DNA of 63,331 bases, filler included, from Trichomonas gallinae (GCA_008369845.1; 7 parts of 7 records of this genome joined end to end with filler, not necessarily neighbours in it); one strand, 5' to 3'; numbered from the whole stretch's first letter, positions 1 through 10,700 are shown. Program-made: numbers and translations. The notes: generated by a model from the sequence alone, not told the origin.

Positions 1-2165
1 GATGGTGAAGGAAAAGAAGGAAAGCCAATGGATGAAGCTGTTGCTGCTGCAGCTGATGCTGTTCATTCAGGAAAGAAGTCATCATCTTCTTCTTCGTCTT
101 CATCTTCAGATGACGAAGACAAAGACAACAAGAAGAAAGACAAAGATGCCGAGAATAGCAAAGATGATGAATCTAAGAATGATGAAAATGCAAACAAGAA
201 CAAAGATGGCAAAACTATTGAAGTAGCTGATAAGAACAAAGAAGATCAGGACAAAGATGAAAAGCCTATTGAAGAAGCAGTTGCTGATCATCTCCATTAT
301 GGCAAGAAGTCTTCTTCCTCTTCATCATCATCAGATGACGAAGAAAAAGAAGGAAAAGACAAGGATGAAAAAGATAAATCCAAGGAAAGTGAACAACCAG
401 TCGACGAAACAGTTGCTGCAACTGCTGATGCCCTCCATCATGGCAAGAAGGACTCTTCTGCTTCAGCTGACGAAGGCAAGAAGAAAGACGATGAAGACAA
501 GGGCAAGTTGAAGGATGCAGATGACAAAGGCAAATTAGCAGATTCTGACAAGAATAAGGATGAAAAGCCTATTGAAGAAGCTGTTGCTGTAGCTGTCGAC
601 GCTCTTCATCATGGCAAAAAGTCTTCTTCCTCTTCATCATCTTCTGATGATGAGAACAAAAAGAAAGATAAAGAAAACAATGATAAGAAGAATGACAACG
701 AAGATGGAACGACAGCTCCAGAAGCAGATGCTGACAAGAAGAAGGACAAGGAAGGTGAACAAGCCGGAGGTGGTGAAAGTGGCAAGGATAAGTCTGCAGA
801 TGCTGATAAGAATAATGAAGATCAGGACAAAGATGAGAAGCCTATTGAAGAAGCAATTGCTGCAGCTGCTGATGCCCTCCATCATGGTAAGAAGTCTTCT
901 TCCTCTTCATCATCAGATGACGAAGACAAAAAGAAAGATAAAGAAGACGAGAGCAAATTGAAAGATGATGAAGACGAGGATAAGAAGAAAGGTGAAGATG
1001 GAAAGACATTAGCAACAGATGCTGAGAAGAATAATGACAAAGATAGTGAACAAATTGGAGAAGCAATTGCAGAAGCTGTTGATGTCCTTCATTCAGGAAA
1101 GAAATCATCCTCATCATCTTCTTCTTCAGATGATGAAGATGAGAAGAAGGACAAAGACGGCGAGAAAGATAATGATGAATATACCACCTCTGATGCTGAC
1201 AAAGGAAAGGACAAAGATGGAGAACCAATTACAGAAGCTGTTGCTGCAGTTGTTGATGCAATACATTCAGGAAAGAAGTCATCCTCTTCTTCTGACGATC
1301 ATGATGAAGATAAGAAGAAAGACAAAGATGGAAAGTCAAAGGATGACGAAAAGGACAAAGATGGTCATTCACCAGATTACTCAGCCCACGGATTCGTTCC
1401 ATCAGACAAAGATAAAGATGATAAAGATAATAAGGATGGTGAAGGAAAAGAAGGAAAGCCAATCGATGAAGCTGTTGCTGCTGCAGCTGATGCTGTTCGT
1501 TCAGGAAAGAAGTCATCATCTTCTTCTTCGTCTTCATCTTCAGATGACGAAGACAAGGATGGTGAAGACAAGTCTAAGGCAGACAATGACGGTCACACTC
1601 CAGACTTCTCCGCACATGGATTCATTCCTGCCAAGGATGGTAAAGGCAAAGATGATTCAGCAGATGCAGACAAGATTAACTATGGCAATAAGAGCAAGGA
1701 AAGCGATGATAAAAAGCCAATCCAAGAAGCGGTTGCTGAGGCTGTTGATGCTGTTCATTCAGGAAAGAAGTCATCATCTTCATCTTCTTCATCTGAAGAA
1801 GAAAATAATAAGAAAGATAAAGATGGTAAAGGAGAAAACAAAGATGCCCATTCACCAGACTACTCGGGTTACGGATTCGTCCCGACGAAAGATAACAATG
1901 ATGAAAACAAGAATGAAAGAGAAGGAAAAGACAAAGATGACGATTCAGATAAGGATGGAACGAAGAAGAGTAAAGATGGAAAGAACTCAGCTTCAGAAGA
2001 TGAAGACAAGGAAGGTAAAGATGAAAAGCCAATCGAAGAAATTGTTGCTGAAGCTGTCGATGCTCTTCACCATGGAAAGAAGTCATCATCATCTTCATCT
2101 TCTTCAGACGACGAAGACAAGAAGAAGAAAGACAAAGGTGACAAAGGAGAAAGCAAAGATGGTCA
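1..2165 (+). CDS. Partial, very large Asp/Glu/Lys/Ser-rich repeat protein (open at both ends)
   Basis: Frame 1 is open from base 1 to the linker. It has ten units of KPI(E/D)EA(V/I)AAA(A/V)DA(L/V)H(H/S)GKK-polySer-DDE separated by D/K-rich spacers. The ATG at 28 is internal. Confidence 0.85.
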
Positions 2166-2265
2166 NNNNNNNNNNNNNNNNNNNNNNNNNNNNNNNNNNN
2201 NNNNNNNNNTTAATTAATTAANNNNNNNNNNNNNNNNNNNNNNNNNNNNNNNNNNNNNNNNNNNN
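2166..2265. other. Artificial contig linker N44-TTAATTAATTAA-N44
   Basis: Exactly 100 nt, identical to the five other linkers; the palindromic core carries TAA stops on both strands. Confidence 0.99.
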
Positions 2266-2501
2266 CGGTTAAAATCATGAAATCTTGCAAGTTTGATGTA
2301 ATATTGATATTTGTCATTCGAAGAATATTCTGAAGTTTTTTCACCAATATTTCCAGGAGATGTAGGCCTAAAACTTGAAGGAAAGTAATTACTCCAGACT
2401 CGTGCGTCATCATCAGCGCTGTGTAGCTGAAGTTTTTCGTAGCTGATCAAAGCCAAGACCAAAAACATTATTATTATTTTGAATTTGATTTTTGTGAACA
2501 T
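2266..2501 (-). CDS. 5' part of a secreted/surface protein, paralog of 3124-4155, cut by the contig end
   Basis: LHSADDDARVWSNYFPSSFRPTSPGNIG..YYIKLARFHDFN aligns with LHHDIDDTKAWNDFAPSIKKPTNPGYLG..YYLHIGTFHNFN. The start may be the ATG at 2468 (MFLVLALIS). Confidence 0.75.
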
Positions 2502-3123
2502 TATCGAAGCATTTCTTTTTTAGTTATTCATTTTCATTATCATGCCTATGCAAATAGTTGAAAGATTTGTAAATTAACGTTCTTTACAAAATTTTATTTC
2601 ATCGAAGAAAATAAAAATACATGAATATTCAAATATTTTACAATCGAAAATGCCATTGCTCCCATTAGATATTGCTTATTCTTATTTTTTAAAAACTATT
2701 GGTCTTGAATTTTTTCATTTGGCTAAAAATTGAATAGATAAGCTATAACACACTATCGTGTGAATATTTATACACTATTAATCATTATACACTGCACCAG
2801 CATCCAACTCTCAAATAATAAACAAGAAATTAATTTCTTGCTCTCAAATAATAAATAGAATGTTTCAAAATACATCACAGTTGATATGATAATGAGTAAA
2901 ATCTCTTGAATAAGCAGTTTAAAAAAAAATTAAAATTCATGGTCATGCAATTAGATCATTTAGTGCTGCATGTGTTTAGCCTTAGTTTAGAAAATATTCT
3001 TCATTAATCTTATAATGATTAAATAAAACACTAAAATAACATTTTCGAGAAAATAGATTATTTAGTAATCATCATCAAGTGAGTAAATGAAGTCAAAGTA
3101 TGAAATAAAGAAACAATAAACAG

Positions 3124-4155
3124 TTATTCTGCAATGAAATAGTGTTTCCTATTCATTTGGTATACATTTGCCTGCTGTGTTTGTTCATCTATGGTAGCTT
3201 GCGGAGTTGCTATTGATGTTTGATGTGGTGTTCTAGTTAGCTTTGGATCAATATCAATTTTAGCATCACAACTAAACGAACTTAGATGAGGAATGTTACT
3301 TGGATCATAGTAGTAAACATCTCTATTGCTGAAACTTCCATGGAAATTCTTTCCTGTATTATCTACAAAATAAACTTGATTCAGTGATGATTGTTTCTCA
3401 AAATTATATATCATGGAACCATCTTGACTGAGTAATTTATTTTTAATAATGACAACATTATTAAAATTAATTTCTGATTTGGTCTGATAGATCAGGCTAT
3501 TATAGTGTGCAACATTTTCTTCGAATGTGCAAAAGCGAACTACACCCTGAAGATTATCAATGAAATATCCTGCTTGTTGCTGTGCTTCATTTTTCGAAAA
3601 GTTCGTGTTAGTTAAGTTGAATGAATTCACGTAAAAATTTGAGCAACTGTAAAATATTGTGCCACCAGATGATGTTTCAGATTTACATGCTGCAATAGTA
3701 CTTATGACAATATGTAATTGATAACATTCCGTCCTGCAATAAGCAAAAATTCCATATTGATCTCCGTCTTTTTTACAATCATTTACACAACATCTGTAAA
3801 TTAAAGCTGAAGATGGACTACGAAAATTGATTACAGCAGGACTTGCTTCTTCACTTTGAGGATTCACTTTGGAAAAGGAGCATTCTGAAATCAAAATATA
3901 AAAACGTTTCTTTTGGCCTAAAAATTCGATTGCTTTATCATTAAAATTGTGGAATGTACCTATATGTAAATAATAATCATTTTGAGAATTTAAAGATTCT
4001 ACTGAATTATGATAACCAAGATAGCCAGGATTCGTCGGCTTTTTGATTGAAGGCGCGAAATCATTCCAAGCCTTAGTGTCATCAATATCATGATGAAGGG
4101 AAAGTTTAGAACCGAAGAGAAACCTTGTTATACTGCAAATTTGTGACAAAATCAT
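3124..4155 (-). CDS. Hypothetical secreted protein, probable right-handed beta-helix (parabasalid multigene family)
   Basis: 343-aa ORF with a TCACAAAATG Inr-like start, repeated C-x-F-x-x-N and N-x-S-x-N motifs, and a P/T-rich C-terminal stretch. Confidence 0.7.
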   Translation of the reverse strand: MILSQICSITRFLFGSKLSLHHDIDDTKAWNDFAPSIKKPTNPGYLGYHNSVESLNSQNDYYLHIGTFHNFNDKAIEFLGQKKRFYILISECSFSKVNPQSEEASPAVINFRSPSSALIYRCCVNDCKKDGDQYGIFAYCRTECYQLHIVISTIAACKSETSSGGTIFYSCSNFYVNSFNLTNTNFSKNEAQQQAGYFIDNLQGVVRFCTFEENVAHYNSLIYQTKSEINFNNVVIIKNKLLSQDGSMIYNFEKQSSLNQVYFVDNTGKNFHGSFSNRDVYYYDPSNIPHLSSFSCDAKIDIDPKLTRTPHQTSIATPQATIDEQTQQANVYQMNRKHYFIAE

Positions 4156-4453
4156 TTTGTGAGTCCTATCGAGATTTTATTCTTATTATTTGTTTTTGTA
4201 TTTATTCTATATGTAAATTATTTGATGTACCATATGTAAATCAATTTTCTTCACAATTTTTTTTCTAACTTTTGACGGGTGCAAATTGTCTGATAATCGT
4301 AAATAAAGCTTTTAATGGTTTGTGTATTTTTGAGATTTTCATGTAGAGTATTCCATATTAAGATTATTAATAATTCATACAATCTTAAATTTAAGAGCTT
4401 GACATGTAAAATACTTTTGCCATGTAAATTGACAGGATGTCAAATATTTTGTA

Positions 4454-5824
4454 ATGGCTGAGAAGCGAATTGGTTTAGTGATAAAGGATGGAAGTTTCGA
4501 TATAGGTGTCATAGGCAAAGAAGTCAGTTATTACTCAATAAGTGATATTATCTGCTTTACAGACACCGAAATCCTTTTCGAAGAGGAAGCAGAAGAAGAA
4601 TCTAAAGATTATTCAGCTTCTCATTTCTCTCACTACGTTGATTATATCGGATACAAAGAAAAAGACAGAAAAATCCAGTCAATTAAAGGAAAAACGCACT
4701 TTAAAATTTCATCCGATTACAAAGGTTATTTTCAATACGAATTTTCAACTCGTCGCTATAGGAATTTCAAATTATATCCAGAACAACTCCTTTCGCTCAT
4801 GCTTTCGTATATTAAACTTGGATATGGACAAGGAATTAATAAAATTACAATTTCTCTTGATGTCAAAACGACACAGAGACAAATTGAGCTTATAGAAGAT
4901 GCAGCTCATGTCGCAGGCTTTACTAATGTTCATATAATTCCAAATTTAATTGCAATTGCAGCATTATACACGAAAGAATACAACAACGCTATAATTCATC
5001 ACAAGAATATATTTGGACACATCAAAATTGATAAGAGACTTATTCAATTAATAACAATTTCAAATGAATTCAAAAATTATGATAAAGTTTCGAGAATTTT
5101 AATAACAACTTCACCGCTATCATCGATTTCTCAAGAATATCCTAATAAAGAAATTATTCAAGTTGAAAATAATGAAATTCAAGGAGTTATTAATTTAATC
5201 AATATGAATAAGATCGGCTGTAATGGTGTTGAAGATGAACGATCTATTGGCCTTCCTGGAACAGGTCCAATTATATATGCGTTCGATGAATACATTCCAT
5301 TTGTTATCCATAATGAATTGGAATTAACAGTTTTCACTAATGAAATTGAATTTTGCACATTTAACATACACGCTCCAAGAGATTGCAACATGGTTGATGT
5401 GAAAATTATATTCGAAACAAATTCAATTGAATTACATTCTTCTGTTGGAGATCAAAGAATTCCGCTGGAGAGACGCTCTAAGGCCGAGTTGAACCTATTA
5501 AAGACAATAAATGATGAAATATTGGCTGATGAAGACAGCGAAGAAGAAGATGAAAAAGTTGACGAAAATATATCATCGAAACTCGATGATTTTATGAAGG
5601 CCATCGACTGCTTATCTTGCGAGAAATCAAAGTGGGGCTTAAGCCTTAAGCAAAAGATGACAGTCAGCGAGCTTCTAGTGAAAGAAAAAGTTGATGCAAT
5701 GGGAGAATACAGGACTAAGAAAATGTCGCAGCTCGATTATACCATGAGACTGACTAACATTGAAAACTCGATCAGACAACTTACCGAAAAATACACAAGA
5801 CCAGTAGGATTATCATTAGAATAG
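4454..5824 (+). CDS. Divergent Hsp70/DnaK-like protein
   Basis: YPEQLLSLMLSYIK, ITISL..TQRQIELIEDAAHVAGFTNVHIIPNLIAIAALY match Hsp70 NBD lobe I. The ATP-binding motifs are degenerate. Confidence 0.7.
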   Translation: MAEKRIGLVIKDGSFDIGVIGKEVSYYSISDIICFTDTEILFEEEAEEESKDYSASHFSHYVDYIGYKEKDRKIQSIKGKTHFKISSDYKGYFQYEFSTRRYRNFKLYPEQLLSLMLSYIKLGYGQGINKITISLDVKTTQRQIELIEDAAHVAGFTNVHIIPNLIAIAALYTKEYNNAIIHHKNIFGHIKIDKRLIQLITISNEFKNYDKVSRILITTSPLSSISQEYPNKEIIQVENNEIQGVINLINMNKIGCNGVEDERSIGLPGTGPIIYAFDEYIPFVIHNELELTVFTNEIEFCTFNIHAPRDCNMVDVKIIFETNSIELHSSVGDQRIPLERRSKAELNLLKTINDEILADEDSEEEDEKVDENISSKLDDFMKAIDCLSCEKSKWGLSLKQKMTVSELLVKEKVDAMGEYRTKKMSQLDYTMRLTNIENSIRQLTEKYTRPVGLSLE

Positions 5825-5939
5825 AGAAAATATTAATAAAGTCAAATTATATCCATTAATGATATTTGAAAAAAAAAAAAAAATCTCAAAGGTAAGATAT
5901 AGATTGATTATTTATTTATTTAAATAATAAGGTAAAATT

Positions 5940-6233
5940 TTAAACCATGACACCACTTCCTGAATCGGAAATTTGATCTTCGGATTCCTGAACATTATCT
6001 TCCTTCTTCATGCAAAGGATAGCAATGATGATAATAACGATGACAAGGATTACAACGATAACACTGATAACAATGGCTGCGATTTGGCCTCCAGTGAGTC
6101 CACTATGTTCTGGTGTTGTTTGTGCAGAAAGATCATCAACTGTAACTGTAACTTCGACTGGATCTGAAACAATATTTTCTTCTTTATCTAATGCGTAAAT
6201 GTAGATATTTGTCTTTCCTGTGGCATTAACATC
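5940..6233 (-). CDS. 3' end of a type I membrane/surface protein (not in the ORF track)
   Basis: Translates as DVNATGKTNIYIYALDKEENIVSDPVEVTVTVDD..GLTGGQIAAIVISVIVVILVIVIIIIAILCMKKEDNVQESEDQISDSGSGVMV*, an Ig/Bap-like strand pattern followed by a TM helix and short tail. Confidence 0.8.
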   Translation of the reverse strand, partial: DVNATGKTNIYIYALDKEENIVSDPVEVTVTVDDLSAQTTPEHSGLTGGQIAAIVISVIVVILVIVIIIIAILCMKKEDNVQESEDQISDSGSGVMV

Positions 6234-6234
6234 T

Positions 6235-6334
6235 NNNNNNNNNNNNNNNNNNNNNNNNNNNNNNNNNNNNNNNNNNNNTTAATTAATTAANNNNNNNNNN
6301 NNNNNNNNNNNNNNNNNNNNNNNNNNNNNNNNNN
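6235..6334. other. Artificial contig linker
   Basis: N44-TTAATTAATTAA-N44. Confidence 0.99.
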
Positions 6335-6979
6335 CTTATGGCGGAATGAAAAAATCGTGCATTTTTTTTGCTCGTGTGTTGGCGGAATAAATCCGCCATG
6401 GCACGAGCCTTGTACCTATATCCAAAGTTTCGCTTCCAACGGAGCGTCAGAAGTCAGCTGGAGTACCTTTATTCGTATTAATGTATTGTGCCCAAGAATA
6501 TCTAATATAAGAATAGGTTTAATGACCACAATTGTTTTCAAAAATTCATAACATTGAAATTTCAATATCGTTACTAGTTGATGCTTAGCTTTAAGTTGAA
6601 TCATTTTATTACGAAATAGCTTTAATAATCAAATATATAGATAGTTTATTTTTATATTTCGAAATTCAAAATATGTTTTTAAGATATAGGAAATGTTAAT
6701 GAATTGTTACATTTGCATGTAAATCATTATCCGTTATTTTTTATTCAAATAAACTAATTACAATTTTGAGATTTTAATTTTGACATACTGAATGTTCTAT
6801 ATATCGTAATTGCATTTATGAACACATGGTTGGTTCAGTCATTCTAATCATCATTAACTTGACTTTATATTTTTATATATTATAATTCTTTTGTATGAGA
6901 ACCAACATTCATGAATATTTCAAACAGTATGATGTTTTTTAATATCAAACAAAGCATTAGTAAGTATTTGTAAAAAAAA

Positions 6980-7672
6980 TTATTTCATATGATACATGTT
7001 TGCAAATACATTTGGAGGAAGTTTCTTTTCAAGGATCTTCTCGTTATTGCGTAAATCAATGTAGATTGTATTTGTATCTGTAACACCTTCAATAACTGCA
7101 TCAATATCTGCAGGTGATAAATCACATGAAACACATATAATGTAATTGATCTTCGGCTTCGTTTTGAGGTAGTTTTGAATGTAAGTCGCGCCGACATAAC
7201 CAAATTTATTTTCTGATAAGTCGAGAGAATTTAACTGACGACGGCCTAGCCCATTTAGCAATGGGAATAGACCATTCCCGGTTAAATTACACCCGCTTAG
7301 ATTGATATCTAGCAATGATTCTTTTTTGCCAAGTAATTCGAGAAGTATCCATATAGATTCATCACCAATAGGATTGTAAGATAAGTCTAATGATAATAAA
7401 CTTACATTTGCAAGTTTTCTGAGTAAAACTTTTATATGCGGTATTTTCATGCCGCAATCAGATATCCTTAATGATTGAAGCGTTGGAGGAATAAGTGGCA
7501 ATATAAAATTAACATCTTCTGTTGTAAACTGACAGTGTGAAATTCCCAAATCTTTAATATCGCCAATTTTGATACCAATAAACCTTTGTATTATATCTGA
7601 AAATGGTACCACGAAGCTATTTTTAGATCCATCTGCCATAACCATTGCAACACTGACAGACTTCTTCATCAT
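6980..7672 (-). CDS. Leucine-rich repeat protein (RNI-like)
   Basis: LSLDLSYNPIGDE, LDINLSGCNLT and LNSLDLSENKFG repeats. First ATG is at 7672; the ORF-track start is non-ATG. Confidence 0.85.
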   Translation of the reverse strand: MMKKSVSVAMVMADGSKNSFVVPFSDIIQRFIGIKIGDIKDLGISHCQFTTEDVNFILPLIPPTLQSLRISDCGMKIPHIKVLLRKLANVSLLSLDLSYNPIGDESIWILLELLGKKESLLDINLSGCNLTGNGLFPLLNGLGRRQLNSLDLSENKFGYVGATYIQNYLKTKPKINYIICVSCDLSPADIDAVIEGVTDTNTIYIDLRNNEKILEKKLPPNVFANMYHMK

Positions 7673-7880
7673 AATTAATTTATGACATGTAAATATATAT
7701 TTTGACAACTAAATTACGATTTTTGACATCTTCTCAGTAATTAACGTGTAATTATTAGCATATAAAAAGAAAGTTGCTGTAGGTCATTCTATAGGAATCC
7801 TACTAATTTAAAGCTGTAGAAGCTACCCGACAATGATGTAAATTTTCATCGAATATTCAACAAGAAGCATCAAATAGATA

Positions 7881-8006
7881 AGATTTAGTTTCTCTCATGA
7901 TATTAGGGTATATGGTATACTATCATGTTTACCTACTATTTCTAGTTCAGATCTAATCATAAGCGCTAGTAAAAGCCAAAAATTAATGTGTTGAAAATTT
8001 TGACAA
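7881..8006 (+). repeat. Dispersed ~125-bp non-coding repeat, copy 1
   Basis: Aligns with the reverse complement of 62833-62955, including the shared GTATACTATCATGTTTACCTA. Confidence 0.8.
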
Positions 8007-8201
8007 TCTTTTAATAATTTATTTGATGATCATAATTTTAAACGAGTAACTAAGGATTACACTTAGTTAATGAACATTTACTAATGAGCTGCGAAGCGAA
8101 TATTCAATTCACTATTATGGAACAACTCCATTTATTAATGCTATACTTTATTGTCAAAAAAAAAAGTTTTTCATATGGAAATTTTAGACAAAAAAATTAC
8201 A

Positions 8202-9311
8202 TTAAAAGCTATCATCACCAGATGGTGAAGATGATGACGAGGATGATGATGAAGAAGACTTCTTCGAATGTTTGTGCTTTGACTTTGGTTTGCTCGATGA
8301 AATCGAAGTATCTTTAGAAGATGACTTATTTTTGCTATTATGAGAAGATTGCGAATTCTGAGATGTAGTGGATCTGGTTTCGTCATAGTCTCTTGGTACT
8401 GGAACGTGATCAAGCTTCTTCGCAATGAGTTCAGCGGATTCTTGCATATCGAGTGAGCAAAATGTTTCGTATGCGTTCTGATAGTAATCGTTTGCCTTCT
8501 TCTTGTCGCCCATCTTTGTTGCGGCATCACCCATTTCGTCGAATAATGTCGCTGTTTCCGGTGTTGGAGATCCGTTATTTGCTTGATCGAGGTTATCCCA
8601 AGCAGATTGATATCTTTCCATGGCGGATTTGTAGTTCTGACGATGTGTGCACATCCTAGCCATAACCAAATCTCTTCTGTAAAGTAATATTTTATCGTCT
8701 GATTCTATATCTTGATATGGTTTCATTATCGCTTCAGCGTTAGCAAGCTGGCGAGATTGTTCTGTCTTATTAAGTGCTTTAGAATCGAGATTTGCTGTTG
8801 CAAGCTCGATAGCTAAAGCCAAGCCTGAATCGCTGTCAACATCAATTGATTTTGAGATAGAAAGTGCCTTTGATAAATTTCTAAGTGCACTTTCTGGTCT
8901 ATTTTGATCATTGTAGAATTTTCCGAGATCAATTAAAGCCTGTAAAGATTCTTGAGAGTTTTCGCCATGTGCGAGCATGCATAGTGATTTTCTCTGTATA
9001 AGTAAGTTAAACCTTTCATTATCATCGATTCCATGATTATCTAAGCGAATTTGAATTTCATCGAGTTTTTCTTGTGGCGATCTCTTATCTGGAATGTGGT
9101 CTGGATTGTTTGAAAAGTAGCTGGCAGCGAAACTATCCTGTCCAGTTGTTTTTGTTGGCCTTAATGATGAATATTTTTGCGGAGCGCGCGACAATCTTTG
9201 AGCGGAATCACTAATTTCGCGTGAGGACATCTTCTTTGTTGGATATGACTCGTATTGAGCTTGTGGCGGTTCCTTCCTCTGCAATGCTTCCCTCTGAAGC
9301 CTCGTCGACAT
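8202..9311 (-). CDS. TPR-containing protein with a Ser/Lys-rich tail
   Basis: Helical repeats (ALIDLGKFYNDQNRPESALRNLSKAL; LFDEMGDAATKMGDKKKANDYYQNAY). ATG at 9311 in an AAAATG context. Confidence 0.75.
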   Translation of the reverse strand: MSTRLQREALQRKEPPQAQYESYPTKKMSSREISDSAQRLSRAPQKYSSLRPTKTTGQDSFAASYFSNNPDHIPDKRSPQEKLDEIQIRLDNHGIDDNERFNLLIQRKSLCMLAHGENSQESLQALIDLGKFYNDQNRPESALRNLSKALSISKSIDVDSDSGLALAIELATANLDSKALNKTEQSRQLANAEAIMKPYQDIESDDKILLYRRDLVMARMCTHRQNYKSAMERYQSAWDNLDQANNGSPTPETATLFDEMGDAATKMGDKKKANDYYQNAYETFCSLDMQESAELIAKKLDHVPVPRDYDETRSTTSQNSQSSHNSKNKSSSKDTSISSSKPKSKHKHSKKSSSSSSSSSSSPSGDDSF

Positions 9312-9704
9312 TTTTTTTTTCAAACGTTTATCTTGATTTTATTTTTTATTTGCTTATTATATACATTTTTGTATATGTATCACTTTTTGCTAATAAAATC
9401 TAGCTTAATTTTGAAAATTTTCTATTTTTTAATTTGAATAATTCATTTTTAAGCATTAATCATAGTAAATTCTATATCATTATATGGAAAAATAATTATA
9501 TTTATATTCAAAAATGACATTAATTGATATTTTAAATTTCAAAATTAAATTTCAATTCATTGGTGCAAAATCATGATTGAGTCTTATTAGATTATGATGA
9601 AGAAAATGATTGGTATTCTGATATTTGTTCATTCTCAAGTTTTAAAATTGAAAATTATTAAAACAAGGGATTGTTATTTCATAGCTACATTTATTACAAT
9701 CAAA

Positions 9705-10700
9705 TCAAACATTATACAATAATGGATAAGTTCCAAACTTATCGACACTGAATTTTGATGGCTTTTCCGCACAATATCCTTCACCATCAACCTGATAGTA
9801 CATCTTATCCGAGGAAGTGAGCTCGAAATGGTCAGCTTGTCCAATTCTCTTAGTTGGATGCATTCCAAGTTGGATCTTTGCGAGTGATGAAAATCCGGTC
9901 ATTTCTGTGAGCTCAAACTTACCATCATCAACAGAGCGTGGGATATCCCAATGCCAATTATCCATTCCTGCATACATACTTGGAATTTGTTGTAAACTTA
10001 AAACTTTTGTATCGTTTTTAGGTACTATATCATAGTTCTGATCACCATACGACCATTTGGCAGTTGCATAGTCCTTCATATTTGGTTGTCCGCAGATGGA
10101 TTTGAAGGACATCGGACCGTATATTGTCTTTGACATGCACCTGCAGCAAAAACAGCCCGGATTATCTGTTCTAAAGTCCTCAAAGTCTTTAGCGATCTTA
10201 GCGTCAGTGCCAAATGAGCAATAATTTGTCATCGTATGAACAATCGGTTCCGAGCTATTATCGACTGGAGTCTCAGTAACTCTCCATATATCATGTATTT
10301 TGATTGAAATCGCAAATCTAATTTTCTCTAGCTTCTTTTCGATCTTTCGTAATTCGACGGAAGTGAAGTACGGTCCCCAATTCAAGGTCCTAGACATATC
10401 ATTTCCTGTTCCAAGTGGAATGATCGCTGCTGGAGGTCTGTTTACGCCTTGAGTTCTTGTTTTTCCATAATAATTCATAAGCAAAGTAACAATCCAGCTG
10501 ACTGATCCATCACCTCCACATATAACTACGCGCAATGCTGGATTTTCTAATATCGTTTTATCCATGTTCACCCATGTTTCGGCTTCATCAGGAAGCTTAA
10601 CGATGTAAACAGACTCCAAGTTCTGTATCTTAGAGATAAGCTTAGCTCCCATACCGCCTCCGCTCCTTGGATTCACAAAGAAAAGAAGAGGGCTAGGCAT
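9705..10700 (-). CDS. Diacylglycerol kinase (catalytic plus accessory domain)
   Basis: FVNPRSGG, CGGDGSVSW, PLGTGNDMSR, NYCSFGTDA and QVDGE motifs. Confidence 0.93.
   Translation of the reverse strand: MPSPLLFFVNPRSGGGMGAKLISKIQNLESVYIVKLPDEAETWVNMDKTILENPALRVVICGGDGSVSWIVTLLMNYYGKTRTQGVNRPPAAIIPLGTGNDMSRTLNWGPYFTSVELRKIEKKLEKIRFAISIKIHDIWRVTETPVDNSSEPIVHTMTNYCSFGTDAKIAKDFEDFRTDNPGCFCCRCMSKTIYGPMSFKSICGQPNMKDYATAKWSYGDQNYDIVPKNDTKVLSLQQIPSMYAGMDNWHWDIPRSVDDGKFELTEMTGFSSLAKIQLGMHPTKRIGQADHFELTSSDKMYYQVDGEGYCAEKPSKFSVDKFGTYPLLYNV

Noticed and set aside
2..2221. Alternative-frame and antisense ORFs over the repeat protein (e.g. 1019-2221, 400 aa)
   Set aside because: By-products of low-complexity GAT/GAA/AAG/TCA codon use.
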